Positions 43,602 through 52,944 are shown, counted from the first letter of the stretch. The stretch is 64,000 nucleotides of DNA from an uncultured Erysipelotrichaceae bacterium (GCA_902802905.1 CADCNT010000017.1:186-64185); one strand, 5' to 3'. Made by a program: numbers and translations. Notes: generated by a model not told the origin, from the letters alone.

Positions 43602-44390
43602 TTAAAAGACGAGTTCTTTTAAGATATGTTTAACTCCGTGTTTAGATATGTGTTTTGCTACATGAGTGGCAGAATTGATTGTTTCTTCTTTTCCATTTGC
43701 CATAGCAATTCCATACTTAACTTGACCAAACATTGGAATATCAGCAATATCATCACCAATCGCCATAGCGTTGTCTTTACTAATGTTTAAATGATCTAAA
43801 ACCATTTTAATGGCCTCACCTTTATCATGAGGTGGAGGAGCAATATCTACTCCATGTTCGTGATAACGGAAATAGATGTAATCTTGAGGAACAACTTTTT
43901 TAATTGTTTCATCATAGTCTTTAGTGCAGAACAAATTAATACCGATTGTATCTTGTCCATGATAATCCTCAACATGTGGCATATCTTCAGGATATGTTGC
44001 AAATAGTGCTTTAGCGTGTTCATCAATATCACTAATTAAGAAACAATCATATTTACGGATGCCTTCCATATTTAGTTTTAGATCTAAAACCGTTTTGGAT
44101 ATTTTTTCAAAAGTTTTAATAGGAATGTCAGAGGAGAAAATAACTTCGTCTTTATAGGTGACAAGATTTCCATTTCCTAGAATAAGACCATCGGGTTGAA
44201 AAAAATCAAAAAAATTAATCTGCTCAACCGAATGATATGGTCGGGCAGTGTTAATAAAAACTTTAATCCCTTTCTTTTGTGCTTTTTTAAGAGCCTTCAA
44301 AGAAGGGATATCATATTTAGAAGGACGTTTTGAATGATCAAATATTGTCCAGTCTATATCAACAAAAATAATATGAATGTCGTTTTTCAT
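43602..44390 (-). CDS. HAD-superfamily hydrolase (Cof-like, subfamily IIB)
   Basis: DIDWT (DxDxT) motif I and a GDDIADIPMF motif IV region. Start set at the ATG at 44390, which forms an ATGA overlap with the upstream stop. Confidence 0.75.
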   Translation of the reverse strand: MKNDIHIIFVDIDWTIFDHSKRPSKYDIPSLKALKKAQKKGIKVFINTARPYHSVEQINFFDFFQPDGLILGNGNLVTYKDEVIFSSDIPIKTFEKISKTVLDLKLNMEGIRKYDCFLISDIDEHAKALFATYPEDMPHVEDYHGQDTIGINLFCTKDYDETIKKVVPQDYIYFRYHEHGVDIAPPPHDKGEAIKMVLDHLNISKDNAMAIGDDIADIPMFGQVKYGIAMANGKEETINSATHVAKHISKHGVKHILKELVF

Positions 44391-46765
44391 GGATTTAAAG
44401 AAGTAATAATGATCATACAATAATCAAAGAATTCAGAAATGGTTAAATCTCCAATTGTATGTTTGCCTGCATAGTTAATTGGATAATCCAAAAGTCCGAC
44501 ATTTTCACTCTTAAGATTAAGGAGCCCCGCTGAATTCAAATCACGGATTGATTCATTTGCCATATGATAAGTCATGTTTGTGACCATCTGATCAAAACCA
44601 CCATCGACTTTGTAAGTAGCACCAACACCTAATACATAGTATTTGGTTTCATTAGTGAAGGTTTCACCTTCTTGCGTGAAAAGGTACCACCACACCGCTT
44701 TAATACGACGATAAGTTACTCCATCAATTATTCTAGTTGCTTCTGGATGAGTTGATTCTTCATACATGTATTCATCTAATAGTTGCACCAGTGGAAGGTC
44801 ATTAATTGCGCTTGGTAAATCATCTATAGTTAAATGACCACCACCATAGTTGTCCCAAATTGTTAAAAGGATACCTGAACATTGGTCTCTTGTATAAATA
44901 TCACAAAGTTCAAGACTATTAACTTTATCCACTAAAGCATCGCCATCTAAAATAGCGACATTAGCTAATGCTAAAAGAAGCGGATGGGTGTTTAGAGTTT
45001 CTTGAGGGACAATCTGATTCAACTTTAAGGTTGGAATAACGTCTGCAAGTTCCAATAATGGAGTATCTTTCAATGTAATTAAGATTTGTGGAGATTTGTT
45101 TTCACCTTCGGTAACAATATCCACTACATCTTTTAAAGTTAAGTGGTCTTTTAAAGTATCGATGATATTATCAAAGTTATGGATTGAAGTATTTTTGACT
45201 TCGTCATTATCAAGGTTAGGATAACTGGATAAATCCATAACATCGCCTAATGTTAAGTTATCTAACTTATCATTTAGATCACCAACAGCGGTGCCTGCTA
45301 TAGTTTTCATAAGCTGAGATGTTGATGGATCAGAAACATCAATATCTAAAAGGGTTCCAAGTGATATTTCATTGATATGGTCACCAAGTTCGCCAATTGG
45401 ATAATCCTTTAAAGCAGTCATAATGGAATTAGCAGCCACCTGTTCAGGAGATAAAACATCCGCGATAGTTAAACTTTGAATAACAGAAGTATCAGATAAG
45501 TCGCTAATTTTGATATTTGGATTATTGCCGACCAAAGCAGAAAGAATGGAATTAGAAGCAATTTCATCAGCAGTGTATAAATCAGTAATCTTTAAGTTAG
45601 AAAACCAATCATCACTGGTTAACTTTTCAATGGTTGTATCTGCAAATTTGCTAACTATGGAGCCTTCTCCTTCAACATCAAAGAGCTCTCCTAATTTGAG
45701 CCCCATTATCGTGTTGTAGTCTTGTAGTTGCGCTAGAGTAAAACCAGAAATGGCTTGTAAAAACTTATTGCCAGTTGTGTCAAATACTTCACCTATGGTG
45801 AGAACGTTATATAAATTTTGAGATTGCAGATCCGCGATCGTGTAATCTTTGTTTATAAGAGCAATAAGTAATTGAGGTGTGTTTTCATCAATAGTAACCA
45901 AGTCCGCAATTTTAAGTGAATTAAATTGATCAGGATTTTTTAAATCCCCAATGGTCCAAGTACACAAAGTAACAATTAATGGATTAGTGGAAGTTGAATC
46001 CAAGAATAAACTTAAACTTAATGTGTTGATATTCTCTTGATTAAAATCAGTGATTTTCCAGTCCCCAATTGTGGAAAGAAGAGCATCACTTGAGTCAATA
46101 GTAATAACATCTTTAATACGAATGCCGTTGATAATATTGTCAAAAAACGTACTATCAGCGGTAATGAAATCCATCAATGTATATGGGTGGTCATGATCAT
46201 AATTTCCATATTCGTCTTTTGGATAGAGGAATAAATTAACTAATTCAGGAATGCTGTCACCATTAAAAAAGCTACTTAAAGTGACTCCTTCTTTAATAGC
46301 TCTACCTAAATAGGTAGATAAATCTTCGTTTTGATCCACTCCTTCTCTATCACTTGCAGGAAGTTTAAATGGTTTAGTACTTATTTCTTCCCACGGGTAA
46401 GCATAATGTAATTCAGCCTCTAAAACTGGATTAATAGTTTCTTCAAGTGTTTTTTTCACTAATGGAGTAACACTATTGATATCGCCCAAAGTTTCAAATT
46501 TCTTTTGGGACAATGTTGTGATTAATTCGAGAATAGAGAGATTTTGATATTCTGCTTGTAACAAATCATCAGGATTACCACTGAACATCAAAATAACTTC
46601 TTTGGTTGTATATGTAGTAGCGGTTAAAGCGCCAGTAGCCGCTAAAATAACAACCATAGTAACCATACCAGTAAGAAATACTAAAAGATAACGCCACCAA
46701 AGAATTTTCTCTTTGGTACGCTTTGGAGCAATCTCCCTTCCACCCTTATAAGTTATCTTTGCCAT
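44387..46765 (-). CDS. large N-terminally membrane-anchored repeat protein, unknown function
   Basis: 792 aa. One TM helix (WWRYLLVFLTGMVTMVVILAATGAL), then many degenerate units of the type L(T/K)IxD(L/V)...(D/S)xx. Confidence 0.55.
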   Translation of the reverse strand: MAKITYKGGREIAPKRTKEKILWWRYLLVFLTGMVTMVVILAATGALTATTYTTKEVILMFSGNPDDLLQAEYQNLSILELITTLSQKKFETLGDINSVTPLVKKTLEETINPVLEAELHYAYPWEEISTKPFKLPASDREGVDQNEDLSTYLGRAIKEGVTLSSFFNGDSIPELVNLFLYPKDEYGNYDHDHPYTLMDFITADSTFFDNIINGIRIKDVITIDSSDALLSTIGDWKITDFNQENINTLSLSLFLDSTSTNPLIVTLCTWTIGDLKNPDQFNSLKIADLVTIDENTPQLLIALINKDYTIADLQSQNLYNVLTIGEVFDTTGNKFLQAISGFTLAQLQDYNTIMGLKLGELFDVEGEGSIVSKFADTTIEKLTSDDWFSNLKITDLYTADEIASNSILSALVGNNPNIKISDLSDTSVIQSLTIADVLSPEQVAANSIMTALKDYPIGELGDHINEISLGTLLDIDVSDPSTSQLMKTIAGTAVGDLNDKLDNLTLGDVMDLSSYPNLDNDEVKNTSIHNFDNIIDTLKDHLTLKDVVDIVTEGENKSPQILITLKDTPLLELADVIPTLKLNQIVPQETLNTHPLLLALANVAILDGDALVDKVNSLELCDIYTRDQCSGILLTIWDNYGGGHLTIDDLPSAINDLPLVQLLDEYMYEESTHPEATRIIDGVTYRRIKAVWWYLFTQEGETFTNETKYYVLGVGATYKVDGGFDQMVTNMTYHMANESIRDLNSAGLLNLKSENVGLLDYPINYAGKHTIGDLTISEFFDYCMIIITSLNP

Positions 46766-47441
46766 AATCCAAAGTCCTCGCTAACTTACTGATGGAAATA
46801 CAGTTATGGTGAACTGCGTAAACATCTGATTCTTCATCAGAACAAAGTTCATCATTTAATTTTCTTTTTGCAATATAGTTGTTACCATCAACTTTTTCAA
46901 AATAAGCGGTTTCCGTGCGATAAAAGATGTGAGTATGCACGATTTTTTCCACTTTATCACCAATTGGGAAATTGATATTCAACATATAGTCAGAGGATAA
47001 CAGTTTGTGCGAAAGAATATATTCAAATAACTTATCGAAATGTTTTTTAACAAGATCAAAATTGCATTCACAAGAAAGCGCAAATGTAGGAACACGGTAT
47101 GTTAGTGCTTGAAGGCAGGCACCAACAGTTCCGCTATACATAGTGTCGTAAGAGATATTTAATCCATGGTTAATGCCAGAGACAACAATATCAAACTTAA
47201 TATCTAAATTACCTAAGCCAAATGAAACGCAATCGGCAGGCGTACCATCTGCAACATATAAATCTTCATCCATCTTTTCAATGGAAATTGGATGTCCTAA
47301 ATTTAGTGATACACTTTTTGCGCTCATCACTGTTTTAGGAGCAACGATTACTACTCTACCATATTTAGAAAGAAGTCCTTTTAAAACACTAATTCCAGTA
47401 GCAGAAAATCCATCATCATTTGTGAGAAGAATATTTAGCAT
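46746..47441 (-). CDS. surE: 5'/3'-nucleotidase SurE
   Basis: ILLTNDDG N-terminal metal-binding motif, GINHGLN, SGTVGA. Confidence 0.9.
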   Translation of the reverse strand: MLNILLTNDDGFSATGISVLKGLLSKYGRVVIVAPKTVMSAKSVSLNLGHPISIEKMDEDLYVADGTPADCVSFGLGNLDIKFDIVVSGINHGLNISYDTMYSGTVGACLQALTYRVPTFALSCECNFDLVKKHFDKLFEYILSHKLLSSDYMLNINFPIGDKVEKIVHTHIFYRTETAYFEKVDGNNYIAKRKLNDELCSDEESDVYAVHHNCISISKLARTLDYGKDNL

Positions 47442-47465
47442 GTATTTATTTTATTCAAAATATAA

Positions 47466-47505
47466 TAAAAACGCCATATTTTACACACGTATGGCGTTAT
47501 TTTTA
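47466..47505. terminator. terminator ending the membrane-protein/HicB-like unit
   Basis: 9-bp perfect stem AACGCCATA...TATGGCGTT (47470-47498), flanked by A- and T-runs. Confidence 0.7.
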
Positions 47506-47518
47506 ATTATTATTGAGG

Positions 47519-47788
47519 CTAACAAGCTACTACTTCATCTACCTCAACTTCAATCATAATGATATTGGCATCTGGAAATTCTTTCCTTAAATCATCAAGA
47601 GGTGTTGGACCATGACATTGTTTGGGAGCGGTTGTTAACATGAGGTGCAATAAATCTTTCGCCATAAATATGGCGTTATCCATATCTGTACCACATGTAA
47701 CTCCGGCGTCAATGTCAGGAAAAGAAACATTAATCCAACCTGGATCTTCTGGATCTTCTGAAAAAATCGCAGGATACTCAAAAATCAT
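47519..47788 (-). CDS. HicB-family antitoxin-like protein (N-terminal UPF0150-type domain only)
   Basis: YPAIFSEDPEDPGWINVSFPDIDAGVTCGTDMDNAIFMAKDLL matches the HicB N-domain pattern (YP..f..d.....v.fPDlpG..t.G.t.eEA). No DNA-binding C-domain and no hicA nearby. Confidence 0.6.
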   Translation of the reverse strand: MIFEYPAIFSEDPEDPGWINVSFPDIDAGVTCGTDMDNAIFMAKDLLHLMLTTAPKQCHGPTPLDDLRKEFPDANIIMIEVEVDEVVAC

Positions 47789-47791
47789 TAA

Positions 47792-48379
47792 TTACTCTTC
47801 TTTGGTGTTTAACTTAGCAAGAGTAGTAAACAAAATGGAACCGTATAAAACGTAAATAACTAATCCAGCTAAAGATACTTGGCCAATAGCAACTGTACTT
47901 CCGTCGTAACCAAACATCAAATTAACAATTAATCCAAGGAATAAAATGGAACCAGATAAAAATGCTAATCTTTGTAATGCTTTCACTTTAGTGAAATATG
48001 CAACAATGTACATTGGCACAAACATCAAAACTCCTAAGATTAATGTCAAATTAATAATCCAACCGGTAGCACTGATAGTTTGTCCACTTCTGAGGAGCAA
48101 AATAGTATAAAGCAATGCCTCAACACAAATTAAAGAAGGGAAAAGAACCACACTTAAAATGCCCATAAATGCAGGGGCTCTTTCGCCAAAAATGAATTGC
48201 AAAATTGCTAAAGCTAAATAGCAAGAAGCAACAAGAAGGCCAATGATTCCGAGGACGAAAAGTTCATAAACTTCATTTTGAACATAAATCGCATTGACAT
48301 AGTTCAAATAAACTAAAATTAATAAACCACCTAAAACAAATCCTAAGAATGGTCTAATCATATCGGATAATCTTTTCAT
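47792..48379 (-). CDS. hypothetical polytopic membrane protein
   Basis: About 6 TM helices. Start set at the MKR Met (48379), which has a GGAGGT SD 7 nt upstream. The stop lies 3 nt before the HicB-like start. Confidence 0.55.
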   Translation of the reverse strand: MKRLSDMIRPFLGFVLGGLLILVYLNYVNAIYVQNEVYELFVLGIIGLLVASCYLALAILQFIFGERAPAFMGILSVVLFPSLICVEALLYTILLLRSGQTISATGWIINLTLILGVLMFVPMYIVAYFTKVKALQRLAFLSGSILFLGLIVNLMFGYDGSTVAIGQVSLAGLVIYVLYGSILFTTLAKLNTKEE

Positions 48380-48380
48380 A

Positions 48381-48420
48381 AATAAAACCTCCAAATTGAT
48401 TATATATCAATACTGGAGGC
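48381..48420 (-). terminator. hairpin/terminator after the three-gene STAND unit; its 3' arm is the SD of the next gene
   Basis: Minus strand: CCTCCA (48419-48414) pairs with TGGAGG (48393-48388), followed by TTTTATTT. The TGGAGG arm doubles as the ribosome-binding site for the ATG at 48379. Confidence 0.5.
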
Positions 48421-48440
48421 ATTTTCATTTATTTTTAGAT

Positions 48441-49091
48441 TTAATCAAACATGACATGTGGGTTCATCATTGCAGGAGAACGCCACTCAATTCCTTTTTC
48501 TGCTAGATAAATATATTTAAGATGCCATATTTCATGACATGCTCCCATGCCAGAAATTGTTCGATTCTTATAGACTTTTTCTTCTACTTCATCTATTACA
48601 GCAAGATATTCATCACTCATTTCAATTGGATCATGCTTTAAAGAACGCCTGTTTTTCATTCTTTCTGCAAATATATTTTCAAGAACAGTAGGGTCAGTCA
48701 TCCCTTGAGCTAATTCTTTAACATCTTCACAGTCGTCATCAACATAATAATTTCTATCTCTTAATAGTTGATAAATAATCTCAGTTGTGTCTTTAGGAAC
48801 TTTTATTAACCTCTTTGCGTACTTTAAAGAAATTAGTCTATATTTGCTAGCTAACGTAAAACGACCAATGTAAGCATACATTTTCGCAACATAATTGTAT
48901 GTTTTGTATAAAAAGTTAATTGCTTCTTGATTATCCTCTTTAAATGAATTTAGCAAAGTTATAATTTCACTTAAAAAGGGAGAAATAACAAAAGAACGAG
49001 GATTGTCCTTTTCTCTTTCTTCTTCAATCTTTTTTACTATTGTTAATACATCGTCTTGCAGTTTTTCTAACATATTAAGAGATTTCCTCAA
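48441..49091 (-). CDS. hypothetical helical protein (C-terminal CHEIWH...GIEWRSP..NP..FD motif)
   Basis: 216-aa ORF that overlaps the upstream gene by 17 nt; an alternative Met at 49073 removes the overlap. I can name no family with confidence. Confidence 0.5.
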   Translation of the reverse strand: MRKSLNMLEKLQDDVLTIVKKIEEEREKDNPRSFVISPFLSEIITLLNSFKEDNQEAINFLYKTYNYVAKMYAYIGRFTLASKYRLISLKYAKRLIKVPKDTTEIIYQLLRDRNYYVDDDCEDVKELAQGMTDPTVLENIFAERMKNRRSLKHDPIEMSDEYLAVIDEVEEKVYKNRTISGMGACHEIWHLKYIYLAEKGIEWRSPAMMNPHVMFD

Positions 49092-49626
49092 GAAGTTTTA
49101 CATCCTTAAATTTAGGATCTTTTCCAAAGAAGAAATAAATTAATCCATCAAGTTGAGAGAAAATACCCATGTCTGACGCAAGTGGGTCAAATTGTAATAG
49201 CAATTTATCTGGCTCCTCCGCGTAATTCCAATCGTTTGGCTTACCAAAGAGTTTAATTCCTTCTTCATAATCATCGCATTCTGAGAATTCAACTAGGTAA
49301 TCGTCAACATATTGTTCATAGTCATCCACTACTTCGTTGAATCCATTAACAACACATTCTGGTTCACCTTTATAGTATTTAACAATTGGTTTTAATGAAT
49401 ATTCGGAGTCAATTGTGTCTAAGAAGAAATACAAGTACCCCTCGTGTGGCAATAGGTTTTCTTTGTCTAAGTCTTTGATCTCTTCTAATCTAATTTGTAA
49501 AAAGAAGATAACTGAACCATCAAAAGCGTTTATCCATTTTTCTGGTAAAACTGGATTTCCTAAAAATTTGCTTCTTCCTTGATCGTATTTTCCTTTGGCT
49601 TTTTTAACAGTTAATTTGATTGCCAT
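49075..49626 (-). CDS. DUF1963 / YwqG-family protein
   Basis: SKFLGNPVLPEKW...FFLQIRLEEI...LPHEGYLYFFLD and the C-terminal KLFGKP...LLLQFD...DGLIYFFF match the two-lobed YwqG/DUF1963 pattern. Confidence 0.6.
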   Translation of the reverse strand: MAIKLTVKKAKGKYDQGRSKFLGNPVLPEKWINAFDGSVIFFLQIRLEEIKDLDKENLLPHEGYLYFFLDTIDSEYSLKPIVKYYKGEPECVVNGFNEVVDDYEQYVDDYLVEFSECDDYEEGIKLFGKPNDWNYAEEPDKLLLQFDPLASDMGIFSQLDGLIYFFFGKDPKFKDVKLLEEIS

Positions 49627-49638
49627 AGAATTCTCCTT

Positions 49639-52600
49639 TTATTCTTTGACAGTGTTAGCTAAAGCTAAATAGTCTTTCATCCACTTTTTATATTCTTTTT
49701 GATTCTCATAATCATAATCAGAATATAGATATGCATAAAGCGTGCCAATTAAATAATCGCTTTGTAAATCTCTATCACAATAATATAAATAGGAAACTAA
49801 TCGCATAAATACTTGCTCGCAATCGCCAAGATTGAATCGCATTTCAGATAAATAGATAAATTCTTCATCAGTTTCACTCTTATATAAAGTTTGGTTATGA
49901 ATCACTAAAGATATTGTGTAATCCCAAAGAGTATTTTGGTAATCATTAGTTAAGTATCTATAAAGTAGCGGGTAGATGAAGAAGAAATCTTCATTAGGAA
50001 TTTCACAAATATCACGGTTATAAATAGCGGAGGCATATGCAGTTAAATAGCCGATATTAGTAGGGTTTTCAGCGCAATAGAGTCGGCCTCTAAACAAAAT
50101 CCAATCTCTTAAATTGTATTGAATGGTTTCATCAATGTTTTCAAGTTCCACTAAAGTGGAGAAGATAGAAAATAATGGTTCAACAAAGTATAGTTCATAG
50201 AAAGAGCATCTATCTAGATTAAGAAAATCATTTTGTAAAACTAGTTCCCCAACTTTAAGGAAATGATTTAATCTCTGGAAATATAATTCTTCTGATTCTT
50301 CGTATTTTGTTACAATCAAGCTATAGAAAAGACTAATCACTGAATCTATGAGATTGTTACTATACCAGGAAGAGAAATCATCATTGATTAAAGCGCTGTT
50401 CAATTTGTCTAATTGAAGGTTATCTAATACAAATTGTTTATAATAATTTTCAAATAGTTCATATTCGTCCTGGTTGTCAAAATACTCTAAAGCGTGAGCT
50501 AGCAAGGCACGCTTATTAAACAGATTATAATAAACACTATAAACGTTATCTTCACTTAGAGCCTTTAAAGCAATATCGTTATCATAGAAATTCTCAACTT
50601 CAGCAGCAACTTCTTTAAAGCCATCCATCAAATCATCATCAAGAGGATTAATATATTCTCCGTCTATAATTGAATTGTTAATATAACTTGCTAATTTGCA
50701 AATTAAATGGAGATATTCGTTATTTTGATACTTTTTCGTTTTGATTTTTTGTTTTAGATACTTACTTATTCTATAAAAAATATTAACGCAGTCTTCTTTA
50801 TCGTTATCGGTAGTAACGTTCATGAAATATGGATAAAAGATTGTGGAAAGAAGTTTGCCTTTATGTTTATCATCATGTTCCAAGATTTGCTCAAGACAAT
50901 AAATAATGAAGTTTTCTTTAAAGTCATCATCACCAAAAAGAATGTTGCTTATCAAGTCCATTATTTGAGTAAAGGCTTTATCAATCAATCGGTTTTGGTC
51001 AATATTTGCAGACGCAATAAATTTAGTATATGTAATGTAGAATTGTTCCAGATTATTATGCTCTCTTAAAATTGACATTTTTTTGATTAAAGAAGGAACA
51101 CTATCATCAAGATAGTTCACATATTCCATATAAAAATCTTCTTTTATGTAATTATCAACAAGTTCCAAAGCTGCTTTTTTGCCTTCTTCAAAAGCAAAAT
51201 CAATCGCATTATAAATGCTTACTGGTCTAAACAAACTTGGAATCATGTTATATAGAAGCGAAGCATCTAACTCTTTAAATGCAATATTACATTTAAAGAA
51301 GAAGTCACAATATTCATTTATATGCAAACCACAATCATTAGCGGCTAGATATAAGATATGCATTACCGTGTCATAATTTATTCTTTCCGCTAATTCTTTG
51401 AATAATTCTTTTGTAATGGAATGAATATCGTTACCTAGATTTTTAACAATGGAGATCATATATTCATTAATAGCGGACATACCATCGCCAAGATTCCTAA
51501 TGTTTTGGAAATCTTCGTTATCTAACATTAATAATCTTTCCACTACTAAAGAAAGGTAGAGAGGACTACCACTATTCTCTTTTCTGAGAATTTCATTAAC
51601 AACAATACTTGATAACTCTTTATGTTTAGATTCGCAAATCTTGTTAATAATTGCGATTTTCTCTTTTTCAGTTAATTCTTCTAAAACAATTGCATCTGAA
51701 TGGAAAGCAAAGCATAAATAAGGTGAATACCATTTATCACTACGATCGCTCATTACATAAAACGTTGTGTGGAACATCTCTTTAACATAGAATTCTAATT
51801 CCTTAAGGAACGTAATAATGGATCTATCATGATTCATGATAAAGATTTGGAAATGATGCTTTTTATGTTCATCGTTATATTTAATCAAATCCACTAAAGT
51901 TAATATATTTTTGCTCTTTAAATTACGATAATTGAGTTTTTCTTCGTAAAAGGAAATTAACGTATCAATTAAAGCTTGTCTATCATGTGTAAATTCATCT
52001 AAACCAAAAACAAAAGGAAGAACATAATTAGGGTTTTTGTCTTTTGCTAATTTATATAAACACGCGATTGTGGTTTTTCTTCCAGACCCAGGTTCACCAA
52101 GAACATAACGTAGGCAAGGTATATCTTCATATCTTGCCGCATCGTAATTTTCTTTAAATTCACTTTTATGATTCACAGGATCTTTAAGATTTTTTCTAAA
52201 GAAAGCGTACTTAAAGAACGATTCAAAATAGACTTCACTATTGATAATCGCTCTTTGATATTTAGGCAAGCTATTTAGATATTTATAATCGATATCGAAT
52301 ATTCTAGTGAGATCACTATAAATAGTGTCCATTAATTTATCTAAGCCAATTAAACACTTCTTCTCTTGATCATATTCAACGTCGTAGTAACGAACATATT
52401 CTGGATATAGTTTTAAAATCTTTTCTTTTAATGCTTCTAGCTTTTCTTTGTGGAGTGGAGATTCTGATTCATAAATCTTTCTTTCTTCCTCACTCATCTT
52501 AGAAGTATCAAAAGGCCTTCTAAAATAGAAAAGGATTCTTCCTTCATAATCAGGATTTAATAAAGCACCATATTCTATTTCTAGATTTGTTACTGATATA

Positions 52601-52926
52601 TCATTTGGAACATTAGTGATATCTTTCATCTTCATTGCTTCGTCAAGTAAGGAAGAAGAGGGTATCCAGCCATAGCGTTCGCCAACAAAAACAATCATGT
52701 ATGGCTTTGCGTTATCAATCTCATCCAAACATACTTTTAATACTTTTTTAGACGATTCTTCACTCTCTAATTCCGAGGTATTAACACCCCATCTTAAATC
52801 ACCAAATCGCACGGACTCCCCGTATTTTGCTAAAAAATCATTAATTCGAGGAGCAAGACGAATAGACAATTCGTCCCTTTCGAATTGCATATCTTTAAAA
52901 GTGGATGAGACAAACACTAAGCGCAT
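49639..52926 (-). CDS. STAND/NLR-like NTPase with N-terminal DUF4062 domain and long helical C-terminal region (1095 aa)
   Basis: N-terminus VFVSSTFKDMQFERDEL...FGDLRWGV...MIVFVGERYGWIPS fits the DUF4062 pattern. P-loop-like LGEPGSGRKTT at aa 276-286. About 750 aa of helical, repeat-like sequence follow. Confidence 0.7.
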   Translation of the reverse strand: MRLVFVSSTFKDMQFERDELSIRLAPRINDFLAKYGESVRFGDLRWGVNTSELESEESSKKVLKVCLDEIDNAKPYMIVFVGERYGWIPSSSLLDEAMKMKDITNVPNDISVTNLEIEYGALLNPDYEGRILFYFRRPFDTSKMSEEERKIYESESPLHKEKLEALKEKILKLYPEYVRYYDVEYDQEKKCLIGLDKLMDTIYSDLTRIFDIDYKYLNSLPKYQRAIINSEVYFESFFKYAFFRKNLKDPVNHKSEFKENYDAARYEDIPCLRYVLGEPGSGRKTTIACLYKLAKDKNPNYVLPFVFGLDEFTHDRQALIDTLISFYEEKLNYRNLKSKNILTLVDLIKYNDEHKKHHFQIFIMNHDRSIITFLKELEFYVKEMFHTTFYVMSDRSDKWYSPYLCFAFHSDAIVLEELTEKEKIAIINKICESKHKELSSIVVNEILRKENSGSPLYLSLVVERLLMLDNEDFQNIRNLGDGMSAINEYMISIVKNLGNDIHSITKELFKELAERINYDTVMHILYLAANDCGLHINEYCDFFFKCNIAFKELDASLLYNMIPSLFRPVSIYNAIDFAFEEGKKAALELVDNYIKEDFYMEYVNYLDDSVPSLIKKMSILREHNNLEQFYITYTKFIASANIDQNRLIDKAFTQIMDLISNILFGDDDFKENFIIYCLEQILEHDDKHKGKLLSTIFYPYFMNVTTDNDKEDCVNIFYRISKYLKQKIKTKKYQNNEYLHLICKLASYINNSIIDGEYINPLDDDLMDGFKEVAAEVENFYDNDIALKALSEDNVYSVYYNLFNKRALLAHALEYFDNQDEYELFENYYKQFVLDNLQLDKLNSALINDDFSSWYSNNLIDSVISLFYSLIVTKYEESEELYFQRLNHFLKVGELVLQNDFLNLDRCSFYELYFVEPLFSIFSTLVELENIDETIQYNLRDWILFRGRLYCAENPTNIGYLTAYASAIYNRDICEIPNEDFFFIYPLLYRYLTNDYQNTLWDYTISLVIHNQTLYKSETDEEFIYLSEMRFNLGDCEQVFMRLVSYLYYCDRDLQSDYLIGTLYAYLYSDYDYENQKEYKKWMKDYLALANTVKE

Positions 52927-52944
52927 TTAAAAAGCCTATACTTT

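Noticed and set aside
48441-49091. Calling the 216-aa protein a zinc metalloprotease on the basis of HEIWH (HExxH).
   Set aside because: A five-residue motif in a C-terminal amphipathic segment, without a third ligand or Met-turn context, is weak evidence. It is kept only as a point to test.
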